DNA from: Alphaproteobacteria bacterium
GTDB lineage: Bacteria > Pseudomonadota > Alphaproteobacteria > Rhizobiales > Beijerinckiaceae
DNA: 64,000 nt
NCBI GenBank assembly: GCA_016870035.1
Contig: VGCJ01000003.1
Location: 3,270 to 67,269 of the forward strand
Direction of reading: 5' to 3'
The position numbers were made by a program, and so were the translations under genes. Of the stretch, positions 22,529 through 30,097 are shown piece by piece. The number at the start of each line of letters is the position of its first letter. The first letter of the stretch is position 1. The notes beneath the pieces were generated by a model. That model was not told where the DNA came from and did no database searches. It worked only from the letters and a program-made list of their open reading frames with translations.

Positions 22529-23653
22529 GTGCGGATAAATTTCTTGAAGAAGATGATGGGCGTCTGCGTCATCGGGCTTCTCGCACTCACGCCAGCGCCA
22601 GCCGAAACCTCGCGCATCAAGGACCTCGCCTCGATTGAAGGGGTCAGACAAAACCAACTCGTCGGATATGGATTGGTTGTTGGTCTAAACGGCACGGGCG
22701 ATACCCTAAAAAAAGCACCTTTCACCAAGCAGAGTTTGACGGCGATGCTTGAACGGCTTGGTGTGAACACACGTGGTGCCAATTTAAGAACCGCCAATGT
22801 CGCCGCTGTGATGGTGACGGCCGATCTCCCAGCCTTTGGACGCAAAGGATCGCGCATTGATGTGACGGTGTCTGCACTTGGTGATGCAAAAAGTTTGCAA
22901 GGCGGTACATTGCTCGTCACCCCGCTGATGGGCGCAACTGGTGAAATCTATGCTGTGACATAAGGCTCTGTTGCCATTGCAGGCTTTCAAGCGGAAGGCG
23001 CGGCCGCCAGTCTCACGCGGGGCGTGCCGACAGTGGGACGTATTTCAAATGGTGCGTTAATCGAACAAGAAATCGATTATCAATTTAAAGACACACGCAC
23101 GGTGCGTCTTGCATTGCGTAATCCGGATCTAACAACCGGTCGTCGTATCGCGCTGGCCATCAATGAATTCATGACGGCGAATGCGGCTGAACCTACAGAT
23201 CCTTCGACCGTCAATCTCGCGATCCCGAAAAATTTCAAAGGCAATATGGTTCAGCTTTTGACCGAGATCGAGCAACTGCGAGTCGATCCTGATCAAGTGG
23301 CGCGCGTTGTAATTGATGAACGTACTGGCGTGATTGTATTGGGTAAAGATGTTCGTGTCTCAACCGTCGCCATCGCCCAAGGCAATTTAACAATCTCAAT
23401 TACTGAACAGCCGCTAGTTAGCCAACCGGGCCCTTTCTCAGGTGATCAAGCGCAGACGGTAGTTGTGCCACGTACGACAATTCAAATTGATCAAGAGCAA
23501 AATAATAAACTCGCAGTCTTGAAAGACAGCGTCACGTTGAAAGAATTGGTTGATGAGTTGAACGCGCTGGGTATCGGACCACGTGATATCATCTCTATTC
23601 TGCAAGCCATTAAAGCCGCAGGTGCGTTGCAAGCTGAAATTGAGGTGATGTGA
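22529..23653 (+). pseudogene. flgI: Flagellar P-ring protein FlgI, interrupted by an in-frame TAA
   Basis: Track ORFs 22529..22963 and 23024..23653 share a frame. Hand translation reads ...TGEIYAVT-TAA-GSVAIAGFQAEGAAASLTRGVPTVGRISNGA... The stop (22961-22963) sits where FlgI proteins have the Gln of the YAVAQG motif (CAA->TAA). The signal peptide and the rest of the gene are intact. Confidence 0.85.
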
Positions 23654-23967
23654 TGAATTCATCCCTTATGCTTGCTTCAACGAAGACAAACACTATTCAA
23701 ACCCACTATCCAAAGCTCAAGACGCTGGCTAAAGATTTTGAATCAAGTTTTTTAGCGTCGATGTTCGGAAAGATGACATCTTTGCTCGACGGTGATGGCC
23801 CGCTCGGAAGATAAGGCACAGGCGGTGACGCTTGGCGTGGACTCCTCACTGATGAATTGGCCAAAAGCGTATCGCGTTCCGGTGGCGTCGGCATCGCCCG
23901 TAGCGTTTATGCCGCATTGATCGAACTTCAAGAAACCGAAAAACCTTCAAATGAGCAATCAAATTAA
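23653..23967 (+). pseudogene. Rod-binding protein (FlgJ N-terminal domain / CheL-like), interrupted by an in-frame TAA
   Basis: Not in the track as one ORF. From ATG 23653 (overlapping the flgI stop, TGATG): MNSSL...LAKDFESSFLASMFGKMTSLLDGDGPLGR-TAA(23812-23814)-GTGGDAWRGLLTDELAKSVSRSGGVGIARSVYAAL... The FE..FL..M and GG.GIA motifs on either side of the stop are in the same frame. Confidence 0.75.
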
Positions 23968-24465
23968 GAACTCTGTTCCGCTGACAAGGACCGCGATCAA
24001 TTTAGAATCAGAAGCTGAAGAGCTCTGCAAATTGGTAGAAGAACGCCTCGACGCGGTTGAAGCCGTGATCCGCGAAGAGACGGATCGTCTCGCGGAAGCG
24101 CGTTTACGAGATGCTTTCACATTCTATGAAAAAAAAGCCAACTGACGGGCTCCTATCATCGTGATGTCTTAAAACTCAAAAACAACACTATGGCGCTTGC
24201 GCGCTTTAATCCATCAGGACTTGATCGATTGAAGGCGCGGCAAGCCCGCTTTGAAGCGGCACTCGATGCCAGTCTCAAGGTCTTGCAAACTTTGAGTAAA
24301 GCCTCGGAAAATCTCATTCGTGGTCTTGCCGATGATGTTGAAGCGCCGAAAAAACTTGATGTCTATCTAGGAGCTGGTAATCGACAAACAACAACTATGA
24401 GACCCCACGCCCAGCCGATCATGATTTCACGAAAAAGCAAGGTATCAGGGATTTACACTCCATAA
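23951..24465 (+). pseudogene. Third gene of the flgI operon (flbY position), split by a frameshift in an A8 tract
   Basis: ORFs 23951..24145 and 24190..24465 are offset by one base. One extra A in A8 (24129-24136), or a -1 slip on A_AAA_AAA, gives the continuous reading ...FTFYEKKSQLTGSYHRDVLKLKNNTMALARFNPSGLDRLK... The downstream frame opens exactly at the A-run, with a TGA at 24127-24129 just before it. Confidence 0.6.
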
Positions 24466-24573
24466 TTCAAACAAATTGAACGAATTTCAAAATGATTTTT
24501 TCGCGGTTCTTGTCCTATAAAAAGCGTAACCCTTTTAATAATGGTGGGGTTTCTCGAAGAGGATAGATAAACC

Positions 24574-24942
24574 ATGACCTCCACCGCGATCCTTTCGCCC
24601 CCGATCCTGGGACTTGTCGCGGACACCGAAATCGGCGTATCGCGAAATCAAAAAGACGAACCCACTCGTAACAGTGATCAGAACGGCAACCGTGCCGAGC
24701 GCCCTGCTGAGGCAGAGAAGAAACCCGCTCCGGATGCCACAACGAGGCGCACGACCATCGACTGGGAAACTGGCTCGGTTGTCTTCCGTGTGATCGATGA
24801 ACATAGTGGGCGCACAATCAGCCAGAGTCCTGAAGAAGCGCTGTTGCGTCTTCGTGCCTATGCGCGCCAAAATGAAACGACCGCTTCAATCGATCCTGAA
24901 CAGCCCACGCCACAGGGCAATCGTACAGCAAAGACCGTATAA
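24574..24942 (+). CDS. flaG: FlaG-family flagellar protein
   Basis: 122 aa. C-terminal core IDWETGSVVFRVIDEHSGRTISQSPEEALLRLRAY matches the FlaG pattern. It lies immediately upstream of the flagellin gene. Confidence 0.65.
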   Translation: MTSTAILSPPILGLVADTEIGVSRNQKDEPTRNSDQNGNRAERPAEAEKKPAPDATTRRTTIDWETGSVVFRVIDEHSGRTISQSPEEALLRLRAYARQNETTASIDPEQPTPQGNRTAKTV

Positions 24943-25209
24943 AATATTCGCGCGATTAACACTTTGTTAAAGCTCTCGCCGCGTGTAACGGCATTCAACT
25001 AAAATTTTCAATACATTAAAATCGAATTGTATCGAACGCGTTTTAAACCATCACGGGAAAATGCGTGCGAAATTAACCATAGCCCCTTTGATTTCCGTCT
25101 CGTCATTTGAGCGCGCGCCGCGCTCCCTCATCCTTCTCTCTGCGTCCCAGAAGGCGACGCTCGTAATCAAAGATGTGTTTACGGAACCATGATCAGAAGG
25201 ATCAAAATA

Positions 25210-26655
25210 ATGACGAATATCTCTTCCAATATGTATCAGGGCTTGGCCTCACTCCTCGATATCAATTCGCAGATGCAGGACGTGCAGACCCGCCTTTCGA
25301 CCGGTAAAAAGCTTAACAGCGCTGCCGATGGTGCGGTGCAATGGCTGACCGTTTCAAACTTTCAAACAAAAGTCAGTGGGCTCCAAGCCGTGAATGACGG
25401 CATGACCACTGCGCTCTCGCAGTTGAAATCAGCATCAACCGCGTTGAACTTAATCCGCAAGACCATCAATGACACGTTGAGCCAATTGAAAGAGGCGTCA
25501 AGAACGCAAGCCGCTGTAAACAACTTACAGCAGGACGCTGTGTCTGATAATGGCATGACAAAGTTCAATTTAAACTTCACGATGAATGGAGGCGGACAAG
25601 TAAAAAGAACAACCAATCTTGGAGACGTTAATCTCCGCGTAAATAATGTCGCCCTCGCTCAAGGATCAATTTATTCAATAACGGCTGGTTCAAACGCTCG
25701 CTTTATCGAGATATCGAACACAGGTGATACGGCAACGGGCGGTGACGGATCTTTTCAGGCCAATGCCATCAAAGTTAAGACTGTTGGCGATCTCTACAAT
25801 GCTCTCCTAGGTTTCACAAACGTGACCTTAGCGGGTGAACCTGGTAACGATAACGCATTTAATCAGATTAATACACAGTTTACATATAATGCTGCAAATG
25901 GACTTACCTTTTCGCAAGTACGCGCATGCAATCAAGGTACAGTTAATCCTGACATCGCATCAGTTTTTGCTGCAGGCCGTGCCTACTCTGTGAGCGCAAC
26001 TGCGGGCGTCGGCGATGATATTATTAACTCCTCCGGCAGTGTTGGTTCACAAACTATTACAATGAAAGGTCAAAACCACACAGGTGCACGTGGTACGGCC
26101 ACAGTTGCTGCCGATGCGAAACGTGCAGTTGCTGCGAATGCCGTAGTATCTCTTGTAGATCAGATTAATCAGCTTGTTCGTGATGCGCGAACAAATGGCG
26201 TGAATTTGCTCGCGGGCGACGATCTTCGAGTTGTTGTTAATGCTGAAAACAATATAATGACATTCCAGTTCGGAACCAGTGCATCACCGCAGTCCTTTGC
26301 AGCGGCAGGCCTCGGTATTGACCTGACCGTACTTAAACTTACTGGAACCATGACTACCAATTTTGATAATGATACCGATTTGAACGCAGCGATCACGGCA
26401 CTATCCTCTGCTCGCAACGCTTCCGATATCGGCATTTCGAAACTTAGTACGTGGCAGTCAGGATTGCAGACGCGTTCTGACTTCAACAACAGTATCACTA
26501 AAATTTTGACCGCCGCGATCACCTCGCTGACATCGAGCGATGCAACAGCGGACGCAGCCGAGCTTGCCTCCCTGCAGTCTCGTCAGACCTTCGCAAACTC
26601 GATCCTTTCGATCATCAAGCAGGGCGAGCAAAACCCGCTTCAGCTTCTCCGCTAA
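25210..26655 (+). CDS. Flagellin
   Basis: Conserved N-terminal (QTRLSTGKKLNSAADGA..W) and C-terminal (LASLQSRQTFANSILSIIKQGEQNPLQLLR) flagellin helices flank a ~280-aa Asn/Gly/Thr/Ala-rich variable domain. Start chosen at ATG 25210, downstream of AGAAGGA. Confidence 0.85.
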   Translation: MTNISSNMYQGLASLLDINSQMQDVQTRLSTGKKLNSAADGAVQWLTVSNFQTKVSGLQAVNDGMTTALSQLKSASTALNLIRKTINDTLSQLKEASRTQAAVNNLQQDAVSDNGMTKFNLNFTMNGGGQVKRTTNLGDVNLRVNNVALAQGSIYSITAGSNARFIEISNTGDTATGGDGSFQANAIKVKTVGDLYNALLGFTNVTLAGEPGNDNAFNQINTQFTYNAANGLTFSQVRACNQGTVNPDIASVFAAGRAYSVSATAGVGDDIINSSGSVGSQTITMKGQNHTGARGTATVAADAKRAVAANAVVSLVDQINQLVRDARTNGVNLLAGDDLRVVVNAENNIMTFQFGTSASPQSFAAAGLGIDLTVLKLTGTMTTNFDNDTDLNAAITALSSARNASDIGISKLSTWQSGLQTRSDFNNSITKILTAAITSLTSSDATADAAELASLQSRQTFANSILSIIKQGEQNPLQLLR

Positions 26656-26683
26656 GCGGAAGACATATCTTCATACAAAATAG

Positions 26684-26712
26684 AAAAGCGGGGCTTTGAT
26701 CCCGCTTTTTTT
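26684..26712 (+). terminator. Rho-independent terminator after the flagellin gene
   Basis: Stem GCGGG (26688-26692) / CCCGC (26701-26705) with an 8-nt loop, followed by T7 (26706-12). It is preceded by A4, so it could act weakly on the convergent GH25 gene as well. Confidence 0.75.
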
Positions 26713-26756
26713 GTTATGATGGTGAGACGATTGCGCGTAGAAAAAAATTCGACAGT

Positions 26757-27593
26757 TTAATTCATTGCGACCGCGTTCGCCGCAGGAGCATGAGGCACAA
26801 AAGCAGGGCCCGCAAAATGACGCCATGCAGTCTCATCACCGACAAAGACATTGCGATCGACATTGCCTTTGATGCCCGGCACGCGACCTTGATCCGTATA
26901 TTGCCACATCACCCACCGGCGATCACCATAGCGCTCATGCGGTTCGGCATTCACGGTTCTTACCCATAAAGGGTAGTCATGCAAATCGCCATCGATTACA
27001 TCGCGATAAAAATCAATCGTAGTGTAGATGATCGGCCGCTTGCCGTAATGTTTTTCGGCTGCCGTCAAAAATGTCTTAATCGCTTTCAACGCTTTTTCAC
27101 GAGGCACTTTATGCGGACATTTTTCTGACGCCGCGCCATACCATTCAACATCAAGCACAGGCGGCAGCGCGTCGCGTTCGACGGGCACATGGTTGAAGAA
27201 CCATCGGATCTGATCCTGCACCGGACGACACCAATAATAGAAATGATAAGCACCGCGCGGCACACCCGCATCTTTCGCCATCATCCAATGAAGCGCGAAA
27301 TTTTCATCCGCATGATCACCGCCCTCAGTCGCTTTGATAAAGGCGAAACGTGTCCCTGCCTTTCGCGCTTCATGCCAGTCAATATGACCCTGATAACGCG
27401 AGACATCGACACCATGCACGGCGTATTTTTGAGCCACCGGAATCATGGCGGAAGAAGAGGCAGACATCGCAACTTTTTTCGATCCACTCGTCGCGCAGCC
27501 CGCGAGGCTTGCGGCAAGTGCCGCGAGTACGAAAACACGCTGGATATTGATCAAAAAAGCCTGAGAACCCATCCGAAACAATCCCACCATCAA
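26757..27593 (-). CDS. Glycoside hydrolase family 25 muramidase (lysozyme), lipoprotein
   Basis: Lipobox LAGCAT. GH25 signature HGVDVSRYQGHIDWHEARKAGTRFAFIKATEG...D..F. C-terminal WVMWQYTD.G.VPGI.G.VDRN. Confidence 0.8.
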   Translation of the reverse strand: MMVGLFRMGSQAFLINIQRVFVLAALAASLAGCATSGSKKVAMSASSSAMIPVAQKYAVHGVDVSRYQGHIDWHEARKAGTRFAFIKATEGGDHADENFALHWMMAKDAGVPRGAYHFYYWCRPVQDQIRWFFNHVPVERDALPPVLDVEWYGAASEKCPHKVPREKALKAIKTFLTAAEKHYGKRPIIYTTIDFYRDVIDGDLHDYPLWVRTVNAEPHERYGDRRWVMWQYTDQGRVPGIKGNVDRNVFVGDETAWRHFAGPAFVPHAPAANAVAMN

Positions 27594-27646
27594 GAAAGAC
27601 AGCGGGTTCTCGCATGAAAAATTTTAAGAAATCGGTAACGGACAGA

Positions 27647-29059
27647 TCAATGCAGTCCTAACCACAAAGTGGCAATGCCCAAAAAGGAGAAAAATCCGAC
27701 GACATCCGTCACAGTTGTTACAAAAACACCCGAGGAAACGGCAGGATCGGACCGAAAACGCTCAAGCGTCATGGGTATCAATATGCCACCTAACGCGCCC
27801 GCTACAAGATTTACAGTCATCGCGAGTGAAATCACAAAACCGATATTCCAATCCTGAAACCAAAGCGAAGCCACCGCACCTGTGATCAAACCAAAAGCGA
27901 GTCCGTTCAGAAGGCCCACAAAGGTTTCACGTAAAGTCACGCGGATTGCATTCGCCGCGCCGAGTTCTCGCGTTGCGAGCGCGCGAACGGCCACCGTCAT
28001 GGTTTGGGTGGCTGCGACACCCCCCTGCCCGGCGACGATCGGTGCAAGAACGGCCAGCGCCACCATTTTTGCAAGCGAGGCTTCAAACAGACCCAAAACA
28101 GAGGATGCCAAAAACGCAGTGAGCAGATTAACAAAGAGCCAGCCGAAACGGCTCTTAGCGGTTTCAATGATCGAGTCAGAGAGTTCTTCTTCGCTGCTCA
28201 CACCGCCGAGCGCTTTGATTTCATCATCCGCTTCTTCTTGGATAACGTCAACGATGTCATCGATGGTGACGACGCCAAGCAGACGATTGTCTTCATCCAC
28301 AACTGGGGCAGAGACAAGATTATAACGCTGGAACAACCGCGCGACATCTTCGCCATCATCAGTGGCTTCAAAACGACGGCGATCCGGATTCATCAATTCA
28401 TCGATCCGCGCGGTGCGACGCGATCGCACCAGCCGATCCAGAAACACATTGCCCAAAAGATGATAGGACGGATCAACGACAAAGACTTCGAAGAAACTAT
28501 CAGGCAGATCCGGCGTTTCGGCGAGATGATCGATCACCTGCCCCACCGTCCAGAAAGGCGGAACGGCAATCAGATCCGTTTGCATCAAACGGCCGGCTGA
28601 GCCTTCTGGATAATCAAGACTCTTTTGCAGAGCGACGCGATCAAGCGCGGGCAATGCGTCAAGAATTTCAGCCTGATCTTCTTTATCAAGGTCTTCTAGA
28701 ATATAGACCGCGTCATCGCTTTCGAGTTCACGAACACCTTCGACAAGCGTTTCCGTATTGAGCTCTTCGAGAATTTCTTCACGCACTGAGTCATTAACTT
28801 CGGTCAACGCTGCGAAATCGAAGGCGGGGCCTAACAATTCGATGAAGGCTGAACGCTGATCAGGATCAATCGCTTCGAGCAAACTCGCCTGATCGGCCTC
28901 ATGCAAATCAATGACAAGGCGGCCGAGCGCTGCCGCATCTGCAGTCTCAAGAGCGGTCTCGACCAGGCTCAGAAAACGCGGATCAAGAGCGCCCTCTTCA
29001 TCGCGTAAGGCAGGCAAGGCGGCATCGTGGGCCGATGATGAATGATGAAGATCGGTCAA
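27647..29059 (-). CDS. mgtE: Magnesium transporter MgtE
   Basis: N-terminal MgtE-N domain, tandem CBS domains (LMNPD..., LLGVVTIDDIVDVI), and a C-terminal five-TM channel domain. Start chosen at TTG 29059, downstream of GGGAGGGG; the track ORF extends to 29122. Confidence 0.9.
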   Translation of the reverse strand: MTDLHHSSSAHDAALPALRDEEGALDPRFLSLVETALETADAAALGRLVIDLHEADQASLLEAIDPDQRSAFIELLGPAFDFAALTEVNDSVREEILEELNTETLVEGVRELESDDAVYILEDLDKEDQAEILDALPALDRVALQKSLDYPEGSAGRLMQTDLIAVPPFWTVGQVIDHLAETPDLPDSFFEVFVVDPSYHLLGNVFLDRLVRSRRTARIDELMNPDRRRFEATDDGEDVARLFQRYNLVSAPVVDEDNRLLGVVTIDDIVDVIQEEADDEIKALGGVSSEEELSDSIIETAKSRFGWLFVNLLTAFLASSVLGLFEASLAKMVALAVLAPIVAGQGGVAATQTMTVAVRALATRELGAANAIRVTLRETFVGLLNGLAFGLITGAVASLWFQDWNIGFVISLAMTVNLVAGALGGILIPMTLERFRSDPAVSSGVFVTTVTDVVGFFSFLGIATLWLGLH

Positions 29060-29224
29060 ACACCCCTCCCGCCAGACTATGAGGATCTCGGCGTCTCTAG
29101 GCGCATGGTTCCGACTTGGCAACCCAGGAGCCTCCGCCCCTCGTCTTTTTCTTGCATAATCTAACGATTCGTATTTCTTTTCTTGCTGCGGGGTCTCTTC
29201 TTACGCCTCCAAAAAGGACGCCCG

Positions 29225-30097
29225 GTGAGCTTCGAAGACCGCATTGCAAAACTCGAGTGCTGGAAAGGCAAGCCCATCCTCGAGCCGCTGAAGGGCGGAT
29301 TGAGCACGAGCTCCTTCAAGGTTCGTGATTTCACGGGCCATCATGTGGTGCGGATCGGCGCCGATATTCCCGTGCACCATGTCAACCGGAAACAAGAGCG
29401 CGCCGTTTCCCTCGCGGCGTCGAAAGCCGGACTCTCTCCGGCGGTCACCTATTTCGAAGACGATCTATTGGTCATCGACTTCATCGAAGGCCAAACCATG
29501 ACAGAGGCGGACATCAAACATCGTCTTGGTTCGATCATTGATCTTCTGGCAGATGTTCATACGAAAATTGCAAAATACCTACATGGCCCTGTATCAATGT
29601 TCTGGGTGTTTCATGTTTTGCGTGACTATCTTTCTGAACTAAAGAAAGCTTATGACGGTCTATCAAAAATCGAAAGGATCATTGCTTCGCTTGAAAACAC
29701 TCAGATGCCTTTACCAATTGTAATCGGCCATCATGATCTTCTCCCCGCTAACCTTATAGATGATGGCAGAAGATTATGGCTGATCGACTGGGAATATGGC
29801 GGTTTCGGTACAGCGATGTTTGATCTCGCAAATCTCTCTTCTAACGGCCATTTGAGTGAAGCGGATGAGTTCGAGCTCCTTGAACGATATTTGAAGAGTA
29901 ATCCCACGCCGCAACTCATAAAAGCCTTTGATGCGATGAAGATCGCAAGCGCGTTGCGCGAGATGTTATGGGCCAAAATTTCAGCCATCCATCTAAATCT
30001 ACCCGGCGTTGATTATAGCGCTCACGAAGCAGACTATCGAAAGCGCTCGAACGAGACGATCAAAAATTTCGAATTGAAATATGGATACACCCTATGA
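29225..30097 (+). CDS. Choline/ethanolamine kinase-family phosphotransferase
   Basis: Brenner motif IGHHDLLPANLI and the choline-kinase motif WLIDWEYGGFGTAMFDLANL. Start chosen at GTG 29225, downstream of AAGGA. The stop overlaps the next gene's ATG (ATGA). Confidence 0.7.
   Translation: MSFEDRIAKLECWKGKPILEPLKGGLSTSSFKVRDFTGHHVVRIGADIPVHHVNRKQERAVSLAASKAGLSPAVTYFEDDLLVIDFIEGQTMTEADIKHRLGSIIDLLADVHTKIAKYLHGPVSMFWVFHVLRDYLSELKKAYDGLSKIERIIASLENTQMPLPIVIGHHDLLPANLIDDGRRLWLIDWEYGGFGTAMFDLANLSSNGHLSEADEFELLERYLKSNPTPQLIKAFDAMKIASALREMLWAKISAIHLNLPGVDYSAHEADYRKRSNETIKNFELKYGYTL

Noticed and set aside
24137-24190. Downstream stimulatory stem-loop or pseudoknot that would support programmed -1 frameshifting at the A8 tract
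   Set aside because: I could not find a stable hairpin within about 10 nt downstream of the slippery run, nor an upstream SD-like enhancer. Programmed frameshifting is therefore left as a possibility only.
24943-25209. Sigma-28 (TAAA-N15-GCCGATAA) promoter upstream of the flagellin gene
   Set aside because: A TAAAG is present near 24970, but the sequence at the correct spacing (acggcatt) does not match the -10 consensus. No other convincing match was found, so no promoter is reported.
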